Assembly (NCBI GenBank): GCA_963575745.1
Contig: CAUYUJ010000163.1
Span: 1 to 64,000 of the forward strand
Direction: 5' to 3'
DNA: 64,000 bases
Source of the DNA: Prorocentrum cordatum
Lineage: Eukaryota
Shown piece after piece: positions 47,529-60,135 of the stretch; within the stretch, counting starts at the first letter, position 1, and the number at the start of each line of letters is the position of its first letter. The notes under the pieces are model-generated. The model was not told the DNA's origin, did not search any database, and was given only the letters and a program-made list of their open reading frames with translations. The position numbers and the translations under genes were made by a program.

Positions 47529-48260
47529 AAGCTGCCGTGCGGCCACACGACGCACAAACGTTGCATCGTGACCTTCCGCTCGCACGGCGCCACGGACCCC
47601 ACGGGCCGCTGGCAGAGAGCTTGCCCGCTCTGCAGGAAGGTCACGGCCGAGGCCGAGAGTTTAATAGATTGGTGTGACCGCACCTCCATCCAGGAGCTTC
47701 TCGAACTTGCTGCCCTGCACGACGCCCATGGAGAGTCCGGGAGGGCCAGGCGTCGGACGGACGCCTTGAGTCTTGACCCCTTCAATCTCGAGGTTGCCTG
47801 CAGCTTGGCATGGTGCTACAACAAAAGGAGAAGGTGTGGCGCAAGACCGAGACAGTCAGTGCCAGGTCTCTCGGGGAGTCCGCGCACAGCCGCGGGCATC
47901 CGAGGACTGCGCACAATCTCGGGGTCAGCAGCTACGCGGATGGAAACATGACGCAGGCCCTTACAGTTTTTAACGGAGGCACTCCAGGCTGGATGCCTAG
48001 CCTCTGCCAATGACCTCGGCGCTCTGTATCTGGAGTGAGGAGGGTGGCAAAATGCCGTCAAGATCTTCCAGGAGGGTCGCGGTCAATACGATACGATGTG
48101 CGCATTGAATCTCGATTGTTGTTGCTTCCCGTAGACGCCGAGTCTAAATCCGAGTAAGCGGTCGTGTTCAGCCAGGAGGCTCGCTTGGGGGGCGTGCCAA
48201 AGGTTTCGCTCAATCTCGGCGTTGTCTACGCGAAGCGAGGCGAGGACGAATCTCCATGGA
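47529..48260 (+). pseudogene. RING-H2 + TPR/Sel1-repeat pseudogene fragment, multiply frameshifted, inside a PITH intron
   Basis: KLPCGHTTHKRCI...ACPLCR (second half of RING-H2), then ALSLDP.N..VACSLAWCY, GEGVAQD, AHNLGV, NDLGALY and SLNLGVVY in shifting frames. Confidence 0.7.
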
Positions 48261-50838
48261 GTGCTACGATGAGGCACGGCGTGGCGATCATGACGACCCA
48301 GCGGTTTTGTTCGACGCTGGCGGCTTGCTCTGTACAGTGCCGTTTTCAATGCATGCCGTTTTCAATGCAGGGCTTTAGTATTAAACACAACGATGAGTTC
48401 ATGAATTATTTCATTCATAAAATATGCACGCATTACAAATCCTATATTTTTCAAAACAACCCTCTCTATATATAAATATAAAAAACTACCCTGTAGGTAC
48501 GGGCACCTTGATGATACCGTTTGTGCTCGACGAACAAAAGCGCGGTCGGCTTGGCCGCCTCTACGCGTCCTGCGTGCCTGGAAGGATCTACGCAGACGAC
48601 TGCGATCTGTCGACCGCCACGGAGCGGCTCGTTTCGTCCGAAGGCGGCGCGGCGGGGCGGCTTCCAGAGCGTCGCAGGTCCTTCTTCCTCCTCCTCCTCC
48701 TTCTCCTCCTCCTCCTCCTCCTCCCTCTCCTCCTCCTCCTGCCTCTCCTCCTCCTCCTCCTCCTCCTGCCTCTCCTCCTCCTCCTCCTCCTCCTCCTCCT
48801 CCTCCTCCTCCTCCTCGTCCTCCTGCCTCTCCTCCTCCTCCTCCTCCTCCTCCTCCGGTGTCCTGCTGAATGGTCAGATCTGCTCACTCACGACGTATGA
48901 CATCCAGGCGGCGCGGTTGGCTGTTGCGCCGGCAGGCCGGTCGGAGCCGAGGGCTGTTCTGTCGGCCAGCTGGCGGCCGATTGACGGACCCTCTATGTCC
49001 AGCGTCAGCCAGCGATGGTCTGCGATCGCTGCGGGGAGTGCTCTGTGAACAGAAACTGGGACACTTCAATTTGTATAGAAAGCCGCCAGAGGCGCTATTG
49101 CTGCGTGCTCGTTTTTGGAGCGTCGTCGACTCGAGATGTTGCATATAGAAAGCAGGTGTACAGCATTTATTGGACGACACGCGTGCCAATTTTAAGCTCC
49201 GAGTCGTGATGATTGCATTCGTGTACAACACGATTCTCGGGAAATCGTATACAAGATGGTAGTTTCCACGAGTTGATGATACGCTTTCCACTGTCCACCG
49301 CCAGCGGCTGCGGGGCTGGCCAGATGGACGGTTGTGTGACCAGCGGGCGATCTTGCAGACCGGCTGGCTAGCTGTCTGGCTGGCTGGCAGTGGCCGGCCA
49401 GCGGTCGGCGGTTGTTGGCCGTAGAGCGTTCATAAAGACAGGGTGGGAAGCAGATGTAAGATCAGTCGTTCTTCCAAACTCTGTCGTGCGCCTGTTGCCT
49501 AGGGTCAGGGGGGCGCATCAACGGCTCCAGCTCTCTGTGGCTCAACCTTCCTGCGCGGGTCTGCCACTTTTTGCTCCTTCAGTGCTGGGCGCGCGTGTGT
49601 CACAGGACGCGGGTGCGGAGCGTCAGCGCTCAATGGGCAGACTTGTCTTGGGCCGTGCCTCTGCCGCTGTGTGTCATCCATTCTTGGGGGATGCCTGGAT
49701 GCCTTCGTCGTGTGTCTGTCCTTGCTGTCAGTGTTGGCCCCCTTCCCAGAGCAGGACCAGGAGGAGGAGCAGAGGACGAGGAGGATCTGCTGATCAAGGT
49801 TCTATGGGAAGAGGAGGAGGAGGAGGAGGAGGAGGAGGAGGAGGAGGAGGAGGAGGAGGAGGAGGAGGAGGAGGACCAGTGTAAACCCAAGGCTCATCAA
49901 CGATGTTGGAATAAACCCTCCCTCCGAGCTCCCTCTCCATAGGCCCCTACAAAGGTTCATTTCCACTGAGGGAACTGCCTCGTTGGGAGAACCGCTTGAA
50001 GACCCTGAAGCATGCCCCCAAAAAGCATTCTCGGGACTCCAACGCCACGTTTCAACCTGACTGTTGCGTTTTGACGATCCTGAATCGTGCCAGAACGCCG
50101 TTCCTGGGACGTCAACACCGCGAATCAACTTATCTGTTGTACCCTCACAGTCCTAAATCCTTCCGGAGCATCACTTCTGGTACGTAGGCCGTGGGAGTCC
50201 GTGAAATTGTTGCATTTGTTCCAATGTGCGCGGCGCTGAAGCGAGAGCCACATTTTGAAAACAAGCCGCCATCAATCCGTGAAACTCTTGCGAATTTTGA
50301 CAAAGAATGTGCGCGGCGCTAAAAAGAGAGGCACATTTTGAAACCGAACCGCCCTCCATTTGTGAAGCCGATGTCGACTTCATGGCCTCAGGGTCATAAG
50401 TGGTGAGGAAGTCTCAGGCGAAACGCCTGGAAAAGGAATGGAGGAGGCGGCAGAGGAGAAGGAGGAGGGAGGAGGAGGGGGAGGAGGAGGAGCAGCAGGA
50501 CGAGGAGGAGTAGGAGGAGGAGGAGGAGGAGGAAGAGGAGGAGAGAGGAGGAGGAGGAGGAGGAGGAGGAGGAGGAGGAGGAGGAGGGGCGGGGAGGAGG
50601 AGGAGGAGGAGGAGGAGGAGGAGGAGGAGGAGGAGGAGGAGGGGGGGAGGGGGGGGAGGGGGGGGAGGAGGAGGAGAGGATGACGAGGAGGAGGAGGAGG
50701 AGGAGGAGGAGGAGGAGGAGAGGACGAGGAGGAGGAGGAGGTGGAGGAGGAGGACGAGGAGGAGGAGGAGCAGGAGGAGGAGGAGGAGGGAGGAGGAGGA
50801 GGAGGAGGGGAAGGAGGAGGAGCTGCCCGACGAGCCAG

Positions 50839-50886
50839 GGCGAGGAGGAGCTGCTGGTGCAGGTGCCCTTCACTTCGCCGGTGAAG
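50839..50886 (+). CDS. PITH-domain protein, exon B (48 nt)
   Basis: CCAG|GGC...AAG|GC gives GEEELLVQVPFTSPVK, matching PITH DEELL..IPFT..VK; joins exon A in phase 0. Confidence 0.8.
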
Positions 50887-50959
50887 GCGCGCCGGCCCGC
50901 GCCGCCGCCCCCCATGCCCGAGTCGTTCGGTGCGTGGCGCTGGCCATTGGCGTCTAGCC

Positions 50960-51645
50960 TTAAGTCGGGCCTGTCCTTTTACAGGGGGACGATTCAAAAG
51001 CTGTAGAAGAATGGTCTGGGTACCATTTTGTGAGCATCTTTTTCACATTTGTGTGGATATGTTTTTCCCGCGCCGCCGCCTCCACGCCCGAGTCGTTCGG
51101 CGCGTGGCGCGGACCATTGGCGTCTAGCCTTAAGTCGGGCCTGTCCTTCTACAGGGGGACTTTCGACGACAAATTATAAACATGTGCAAACATAATCAAC
51201 ACAAATCATAGGAAAATCGCCCCCAGGCTATAGTTCTACCATTCTTGAATATGCCTCCTGTATAGGGACATGCCCGACGTAATTTTATGTCGGGCCTGTC
51301 CCCCTACAGGGGGATTTTGAAAAATACAAGATCCCCCCAAAATAATCAGAAAATAGTCCACAAATCGTCTGGGGATTATTTTTGGAGTATTTTTTTGGCC
51401 TTATTGGGGTATTTTTGGGGTGTATTTTTTATTTTTCGTCGAAAATCTCCCTGTAGGGGGACACGCCCGACATAAGTCTAGCCTTAAGTCGGGCCTGTCC
51501 TTCTACAGGAGGACGACTCAAAAATAGTAGAAAAATAGTCCAGGTACAATTTTCGGAGATTTTTTTCAATACTTGTGAATATTACTTTTGGGGGGTATTT
51601 GAGAGTTTTCGTTCACAATCCCCGTGTAAGGGGACATGCCCGATA
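50960..51645. mobile_element. Cluster of family J elements
   Basis: TTAAGTCGGGCCTGTCC starts at 50960, 51130, about 51285 and 51484; the 8-mer GTCTAGCC lies at 50952-50959, 51122-51129 and 51476-51483. Confidence 0.8.
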
Positions 51646-51698
51646 CAGCCTCTCTTCGAGCATGCTCGAAGAAGGGACAGTATAGACATAAACCTCCA

Positions 51699-51830
51699 GA
51701 GCTCCGCGCGGATTTCTTGAATCGGCGCCGGGCCCCCCCCCCCCCACGGCGCCTCTGGCGCCGCCCCTGACGCGCTACGCGCGCCAGGGGAGAGGGGCCC
51801 CGCGCCGATCCAGGAGATCCGCGCGGAGCT
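51699..51830. mobile_element. GC-rich TIR element
   Basis: GAGCTCCGCGCGGATTTCTTGAATCGGCGC pairs with GCGCCGATCCAGGAGATCCGCGCGGAGCTC; a related partial copy at about 18970-19068 abuts the relict SL. Confidence 0.65.
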
Positions 51831-52309
51831 CACAGGATGTATGTCTATGCTGGCTCTTCCCAGGCAGTGCTTGCTCTTATACTTGCGGAATCAGGAGCTG
51901 GCCCTGACAGTCGGTCTGGCGCCTATGTTGCCGCCGCCGCCTCGTCGCGGCCTCGTCGCCGCCTCGCCGCCGCCCATCGTCTGGGCCTCACGGTCGGTCT
52001 GGCGGCTATGTTGCCGTTGTCCCCGCCCCGTCGCAGACCCGTCGCGGCTCGTCGTCTGGGCCTGCCTGGCGGTCTGGCGGCTATGTTGCCGCCGTCGCCG
52101 CCCCGTCGCCGCTTCGTCGCGGCCTCGCCGCATAGTTGCACCACGTAGGTTGCACCACAGAGATTGCACCACGTTGCGCCACGTAGGTTCGCATTCCACA
52201 AAGAGTGTTACGATCACCCCCCCGCTGGACTTGTCGGTCCCCCCAGGGGATGTGCAACTTACACATGATTCTTCCCCATCGTCCATCCGAAATATTAACT
52301 AATACCATC

Positions 52310-53733
52310 CCAGGCAGGCATGCATTCCCCCATTGTTTGCAAACTTACTACACGCGCGCACTCGTACCATCAGTTTTCGAGAGTCCCTTGCAAAGGTCGG
52401 GACGAAGTGCACACGCGCGCGCGTCATCGCGAGCGCATGCCGACATCGTGTGAAACATTTCAGGTTCGTCAGGATTTCAAAAGCGAGTGCCACGAAACTT
52501 CATAAACACATGGTTTCGCAACGAGGATATCCCAACAACAACCTGCGCTCGTGCCCTTGCACATCATCAAACAACCCGTTTATATATATATATATATATA
52601 TATAAGAAGCCAGCTTCATAACATGCTACCACACGGGCCTCTCGCGCGCGCGTGTCGAAATCGTTTGGACGCCCTTGCGCGCGTGCTGTCGCAGGACTCC
52701 CTTGCAAACAATAGCGGACGAAGTGCACACGCGCGCGATTACGCGCACGCACGCGCACGCGCGCGCGTGCGGAAGTTTTCCAAATCCGTTGATTTCGTCA
52801 CAATTCCAAAAAAAAACGAGCGTCCCGAAACCATTCCATATAAACGCACATGGTTGTGCAGCAAGAGTTCTCAATTAAGCCTGCGCGCGCGCTCTTGCGT
52901 TTATATGTATATATATATATATATAGATATATGTGTATATATATATATATATATATGTGAATACATACGCGAGAACCATAGGCTCAAGCTTATGATCATA
53001 TTCTGCCACAAGCGAGCCTCTCGCGCCGCATGCCGAGCTCATCAGAACGCCCTTGCGCGCGTGCTGGGGGGGCACGACCCTTGTCAAATAATACTATTCG
53101 GGCCACTCGCGCGCGTCGGCCGCGTGCGCATGTCGAACTCCTTCCACAACCCTCATCACCGACTCGAGGACATCGACATTGTTATCGGCCTGCGTGGTCA
53201 ACATCGGTGCCATCAATGGCTTTGTCGTCCTCATCGCCACCATCGCCGCTACTTTCATCATCGTGTCTACCGTTGTCCGCGTCGCCATGGTACCGCGCCC
53301 GCCCAAGTCACCGACTCGCACTAGAGTGCCCGTTGGGAAATTCCCAGTAGTCAGCGCCACCGCGGCCGCGTCGGTCGCCTCGCACTAGTTGGCTGCATCG
53401 CGCGCGAGCATGCGCGGGTTAGCGCGGCCGCATTGGTGCCCCAGCCAACGCCAAGCACTGATCGCAATCGCCCTCGCATGGGTTTTGCAAACCAAGTTGC
53501 GGGTGGGTGGGTGGGTGGGACGATTGCACGAACAGTGGTTTTTATAACTAATTGCGAGCACTGGGGCCTGCACCGAGTGGTTCTACCACGTAATTTGTAC
53601 AGCATAGATCGCAAGACAGAGTTTGCACAACAGAGGTCGCAGCATTCGCATAGCACCACATATTGTGCACAATCTAGATCGCAACGCGTGTGTGTCACAA
53701 CATAGGTCACACTATAGTCCTGTATGTGCATAC

Positions 53734-53773
<40 letters not shown>

Positions 53774-55290
53774 ATATGTTGCACCTCGCACAAACTAAAT
53801 TCCTTTCTAAAGGGGAGATCGGTACTACCACCCTCCCCCCCAGGGGTAAATATTCACTTTTCCGTATTGCAATTTACGCACGATTCGGACCCAATGTCCA
53901 TCCTACCTGTGCGCTCATACTATCCCAGCCCCCCCCCCGCCATCCTCCGCAACAAACATTATGCGCGCACTCGTTTATCAAACATCCTAAGTTTCCATGA
54001 GTCCTCTGCAACAGATTTGACGAAGTGCACACTCGTGCGTCGTCGCGTGCGCATACCGCAATCCTTCAACAATGTCCGGTTCCGGAAGGTTTTTCAAAGT
54101 CGAGTGTCACAATCCAAGAAAACACAGGGTTTCGCAACACGGATGTTCAAAAAACACGTGCGCGAGCGCTCTTCCGAATTCTTGAGCAAACCTTTGGTTT
54201 TTGCAGCATTTTCAGAACATGCTATCAAACGGGCTCCGCGCGCGCATGTCGTTCGGACGCCCTTGCGCGCGTGGCGTCGCGAGAATCCTTTGCAACAGCT
54301 AGCTAGGGCGAAGTGCCCGCGAGCGTCGTCGCGCACGTATGCCGAAATCCTTCAAACATCTTCGGTTTCGGAATGATTGCAAAACCGAATGTCCAAAACA
54401 CGTGTAACACCCACAAGGTTTCGCAATATCAGTTGTCAAAGAAGCGTGCGCTCGCGCTCTTCCGAATTCTTGAGAAGCATCGTTTTTTTTAAACATGTTC
54501 ATGGGATTCTGCCGAGCGGGCCTTTCGTGCCGCATGCCGGAATTATTCGCACGCCCTTGCGCGCGTGCTGGGGGGGGCGCGATCCGCTTCAAATGGTACC
54601 ACGCTGGCCACTCTCGCGCGTCGGCCGCGCGCGCATGTCGAATTCTTTCCAAAGCGTTCATCGCTGACGCGAGGGCGCCGGCATCGTCGTCGGCGTGATC
54701 AGCACCCGTGCCGTCACTGGTCGTGGTCGTCGCCGTCAGCATCGGCGCCAACATTGCTACTATCATCGCCGTGTGTACCGTTGTCGGCGTTGCCTTGATA
54801 CCGCGCCCGCCCAAGTTGCCGATGCGCATTGAAGTGCCCGCTGGGATGAGCCCAGCGTTCAGCGCCACCGCGGCTGCGTCGGCCGCGCCAAAGTGCATGC
54901 GCGCGCGTATGCGCGGGCTGTAGCGGCCGCAGAGATGCACCAACCAGTGCCGAGCACTCATCACCATCGCCGCCGCACGGGGTTTGCAAACCAAGCTGCG
55001 GGTGGGTGGGTGGGATGTTTGCGCGAGCAGTGGAGTGGACAACCTTCAGTTGAGCATTGATTCAGTGCACCACGTAGATCGCACCGCATGTGTTGCGCCG
55101 CATGGATTGCACCACGTATTCCTTCTTTACAGGAGTAATAGGATTCCCCCCCTGCCACCTGGATGTATCATCCCCCCATGGGGTATTGCCATTTACATGT
55201 GTGTTTGCCCAATCGTCCGTCCTACATGTGAACTCATTTTTGTTCACGCTTCGCGTATCCCCACCAACCCATTTAGAAACCCTGCCCATG
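52310..55290. repeat. Diverged ~1.5-kb tandem duplication with (TA)n tracts
   Basis: Shared anchors at ~1.5-kb offset: GGCCACTC..GCGCGTCGGCCGCG 53101/54607, CCGCGCCCGCCCAAGT 53293/54801, TTTGCAAACCAAG near 53484/54983. Confidence 0.75.
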
Positions 55291-57678
55291 AGAGCTGACG
55301 GGAAAGAGGAACGAAAAGACACATTTAGGGAAACACAGCGAGCAACCAGGGTGAACTGAGAGATCTCTGGGAGCAAGGGGGTGGTCTTGGAAGGCCTCTT
55401 CGGGCCATCCCTGGGGGCCGCGTGGGGGCGAGGGGAAGAGGAGGAGGAGGAGGACCAGGAGGTGGTTGTGGACAAGGGGGAATAGGAGGACGAGGACGCG
55501 GATGAGGACGAGGACGAGGAGGACGAGGACCAGGATGAGGACGACGCTGACGAGGACTCATGAAACCATCTAGATAGGTATTCTTGCGGCTGCTTCTGCT
55601 GCTGGTGCTCTCTGGGAGTTTTGGGGGCCCTCTTGGAACCCTCTTGAGATCATCTTGGATGCCATCGATTACAGGATGGCCCACCCCGCGCCCACAGAAG
55701 CAAACTGAAATCGCAGGCACCGGCGCGAGCGGGGAGGGGGCGGGGGGAGCGTCTTGCCCCAGGGCGACGTGCGTTACGCCGATGGTGACCAAGATGTGCG
55801 ATGGCCAAGATTCAGGAGGGGAGAAAACACACACAGACACAATTAATCGTCGATGCCCCAGAACATGTGGGAAAATATGGGAAGTGGGGGGGAAGACAAA
55901 ACCCAGAACATATGGGAACATATGGGGAATCCTGTTATTTGTGTCGATTTATTTGTGTGTCCCAGGGCCCCTTCAAAGGTAGACGTTGACTGAGATGGAC
56001 GATGAACGATGCGTTTCGTCGATTGTGCGTTACGGTGGACATTGGCCAAGGCGGACGATCCGTTACGTCGACGATGGCAATGCGATGCGTCCACAACGGA
56101 CGATGCGTTGCGTTGGCCAAGATGGACGATGCGGCCGAGGGAAGTTAGCCAAGATGGACGATGCGTTACGTCGATGATGACCAAGATGGACGATGGACGT
56201 TTCCACGTTCGCTCTTGGTTATGAGCAGGGTTTCCTTTCCCTCTTGTACCCTCTTCAACCCCGTGATTTTCCGACGGCAGGGGCTCGGAACGCTGAAGAG
56301 CTGGCCGTCGTCATGTTGTCGCGATGCCCAGAGATTTTCTCGGCTTGTCCTCCAGTGCGTTTTGGTCAGTATTCCGAGTTGCATCTGGCCATTGCGACAA
56401 GGTCGCTCCTGGAGGCCGACAATATATTGAACCTATTCCAGAGCCCTTGACGCTTGATCCTACTCCGGCTCGACCTCCTCAGCCTCCACACTTCTTCTTC
56501 GGTAGCATCTCATGTGAGCTTCGTTTGCCCTCGGGATTCTGTTTCTAGAGTGCGTGAGCCTGCGCTGGAGTCTAGTAACCGATGGGAAGTCGCCGATGTA
56601 GCATCGACTAGCGTCGATGTAGCGTCGATTAGCGTCTGCCAGCGTCGGTTCGCAAGAGCCAGCAAGATGACGTGGGGGGCTCCCGGGAGCTGCCACAGAA
56701 GCTCTCAGCCTCCCAGGCGGGCTCCGAGCAGATGGTGTCGAAGGATCGTTCGGCTATGCAGCTCGCTGTGGAGCCAGAGTTCCGCCGCGCCGACGGCGCC
56801 GATCAATCGCCGACGCCGCGGATGCATCGCGATGCGTTGGCCGTGCGGCGCGATTCTCCGACCCCATCTGCGCGGACCTTCGCTGCCCCGCTGCGCCCGC
56901 TCTGAAGCGCAGCACGCGCCGTGTTCGAAACTTCCGTGTCAACACGCCTCGTGTCGGCTCCACACGCTGGCACACGCCCTAACGAACGTGCGGCGCCAGA
57001 CCTATGCTTTCCGTCTACGTGTTGAGCTCCGTGTGAAAGCGCGTTCCGGGTTGGGCATCGTTTCCTTATTTGTTGTTTTGCCCATCGGCGCGGGCCCTCG
57101 CCCCCCCATTCCCCTCCTCTCCCATGGAGTAGTAGATCTTGGCTGTTTCTGGCGCCTGTTTCGAGCAAGTGGAGTTTCCCTCAGGACGCACTGTTGCAAA
57201 CAGTCGCGCTAAGCAGAGGTCCGGCGCCAGACCCCCCCCTCGCCCCCCCCCTTCCGCCCAATGCCTAAACGCCGAAAGAAAACGTTCAATCGTGTATTGC
57301 GTATCGGGCAAGCTGCGCTGCGGGCAGGTCGGGCGGTTCCCGGTGCCGGCGGGAGGAGGAGGAGGCGGAGGAGGCGGAGGCGGAGGAGGAGAAGGAGGAG
57401 GAGGCGGAGGCGGAGGCGGAGGCGGAGGAGGAGGAGGAGGAGGAGGAGGAGGAGGAGGCGGAGGCGGAGGCGGAGGAGGAGGAGGCGGAGGCGGAGGCGG
57501 AGGAGGAGGCGGAGGAGGAGGAGGAGGAGGAGGAGAGGAGGCGGAGGAGGAGGAGGAGGCGGAGAAGGAGGAGGAGGAGGAGGAGGAGGAGGCGGAGGCG
57601 GAGGCGGAGGAGGAGGAGGAGGAGGAGAAGGAGGAGGACCCCTCGGGGCGGGCGCGGCGCCGGGCGGGCTTTTGCCAG

Positions 57679-57728
57679 ATCACCGGGCTGACCGTCATCG
57701 GCGGCGACCAGGGCCGCGCGCCCGCCAG
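57679..57728 (+). CDS. PITH-domain protein, exon C (50 nt)
   Basis: TTTGCCAG|ATC... gives ITGLTVIGGDQGRAPA(R), matching the PITH segment after VK (L..I.I.G.....P). Putative AG|GA donor. Later exons not found. Confidence 0.72.
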
Positions 57729-59609
57729 GAGGGGAGGGCGGGCCAGGCACGGGTGCTGCCTGCGGAGCGGCCATGCTCCTTCCAGGAGGAGAAACAACAC
57801 ACAGACACAATTCATCGTCGATTTCCCAGAAAAGATGGGAAAATATGGGCAGTGGGGGGGAAGACATAAACCCAGGAAAGATGGGAAACTATGGGGAATC
57901 CTTTTGTTTGCGTGTATTTATGTGTGTGTATTGTGTTCCAGGGTCCCTTCATTCTTGGGCGCTGCGGAGCGGCCATACTCCTTTTCAGGAGTAGAAAATT
58001 ATTCCAGTGCGACCCTACCTGGGAGTTGGAGGATCTAGGAAAGCAGCATCTATATGAAGCTAAGTTAGGCTAAGACGAAGCTAAGCTAAGATGAAATAAG
58101 CTAAGCTAAGATGAGATAAGCAACGCTAAGCTAAGGGAACGTCACTGGGGGAACCGCGGGGCGGATACCGGGGGAACCGTCAGGGGCGAGTTGCACTGCC
58201 CGGCCCTTTAAGCATACCGAGTAAGAACCCTTCTAGGCAGAGCCTAGGTAGGGAAAAACACACAGACACAATTCATCGCCGATTTCCCAGAACATATGGG
58301 AGAACATGGGCAGTGGGGGGGAAGACAGGAACCCAGAAAGTATGGGGAACTATGGGGAATCCTTGTTTTATTTGCATGTATTTATTTGTGTGTCGCAGGG
58401 CCCCTTCATCCTTGGGCGCTGGCGTGAGCAGGGCGGGGCGTGCCGCCCTCAGTACAGTCAGCCCGCATGCTGCGGATGGGCATCCTTCCCACGCGTACCC
58501 CTGGCATCCCTGCCGCCTCGGTCAATCCTTGGTCACTTGCGTTTGCCGTGCCCCGTTTGAGAAGCCTCGAAGTGGCCTTCCACTGCCCTTGCATCCCTAT
58601 CGCGCAACCTTATGCTTGTGGAAGACGGTTAATGGAGAGGAAGCGTGTTGCCAAATAATTTCCAGATATCTGAAACATGTTTGAAACATGATTTACAAAT
58701 GTAAAAACATGTTTGAAACAATTTTAGAGCATGTTTTACACATTTTATGCACATGTTTGATAGGACTGTTAGAGTGTCCATTGTCATGGCATCCACAACC
58801 TTATGCCACAGGCCGGCTGTACTCTGGGCGATGGCGCGAGCAGGGCGGGACGTGCCATCCTGAGTATTTTCCAGGCTCCTCTGATGCCGGTTTCTGCCCC
58901 GCGCTGCCGCCGCTGTCTCCGAGCCATGCCTCTGTGGAAACATACCCGCCCTGGCCTGTCCGAGGGAGGCCTGCGAAGGGCCTCTTTGCCTCTGGGCCTC
59001 TCGGGGCCTCCTCGGCATCATAGCCCTCGCTGGGAAGTGCCTACGTGGCGCGGCGTTCCGTTCTCCCGGGGCCGCACCTTGCAGGCGGGGCCTCGCGCAG
59101 GCGGGCGGGCTCTGCGTGGGCATGCCATGCCGTCGGGCAGCAGACATGTCTCTCCAGCCTGGCAGCGGCCGATCGCTTCCGCCGGCACGCGGCAGCGCTC
59201 AGTGGAGCAGCTTGGAACGAGCGCTCCTACGCCACACGCAGCGCTGACCACAAGTTCCACATCTGCGACCGGGGGCCCCGGCCCGCCGGAGGCGGAGGAG
59301 GAGGAGGAGGAGGAGGAGGAGGAGGAGGAAGAGGAGGAGGAGGAGGAGGAGGAGGAGGAGGAGGAGGAGGAGGAGGAGGAGGAGGACGGCGGACTCAGGC
59401 GCGTCTCGCCCTGCCTAGCCTCTCGGTTGGTTGGGTTATCTTCGGCGTGGGCGCAGACCCGAGCGTCGGGCAGCGCCTGCCTCGCAGGACCGGGGCAGCC
59501 GCCTCTGCCTCGCGGCGCCGCGCGGGCGCCTGCCCTCGTCCGCCCCGCGCGTGTCCTCGTTGCGCGACGGGTCGGTGCTCCTGCCAGATGGGCCCCTGGA
59601 GTATGCTTA

Positions 59610-59908
59610 TCGGCGGCGAGCGAGGGGGAGAAGTGAGGAGGGGCGGGCCTTCTCAGAAGCCTCGGAAAAGTCCCCCGGCCTCCTGAGAAGTTTTTTGTAA
59701 GCCCTCCCCGAAGACAGGCGAAGCTTCTCGGAAGGCGCGAGGGCCTCTGAGACGTCCCGCCGCCGCCGCCGATCCTCCCATTCTCGTTCTCATTTCTCCT
59801 CCTCGCCGTTCTCCTTCTCCTCCTCCCATTCTCATTCTCGTCCCGCCGCCGCCGTTCTTCGGAGGAAGCCTTCTCCTCCTCACTTCCCCCCCCCTCGCTC
59901 GCCGCCGA
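59610..59908. mobile_element. TIR element with TCGG terminus
   Basis: TCGGCGGCGAGCGAGGGGG..AAGTGAGGAG pairs with CTCCTCACTT..CCCCCTCGCTCGCCGCCGA; TSD degraded; related end at about 22375-22437. Confidence 0.65.
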
Positions 59909-60043
59909 TCTGAGGTCGGGACCCGTCTGGCGGCGCCTTGTCGCTCGATAGCCCAACGGGCGGGGCGAGAACGCCGGGCCCGGCGTTGCGGCGGGCGTCG
60001 TTCTGGGTGCATCCGGCACGCTGTGTGAGGTTGGAAACTCAGC

Positions 60044-60135
60044 TCGGGAGACTCTCCATGGGGGGGGATCCCATGGGATCCCCCCCCTGGGATCCTATCC
60101 CCCCATGGGATCCCCCCCCATGAAGAGTCTCCCGG
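60044..60135. mobile_element. 92-bp palindromic MITE, 5-bp TSD TCAGC
   Basis: TCGGGAGACTCTCCATGGGGGGG...CCCCCCCATGAAGAGTCTCCCGG; TCAGC at 60039-60043 and 60136-60140. Confidence 0.85.
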
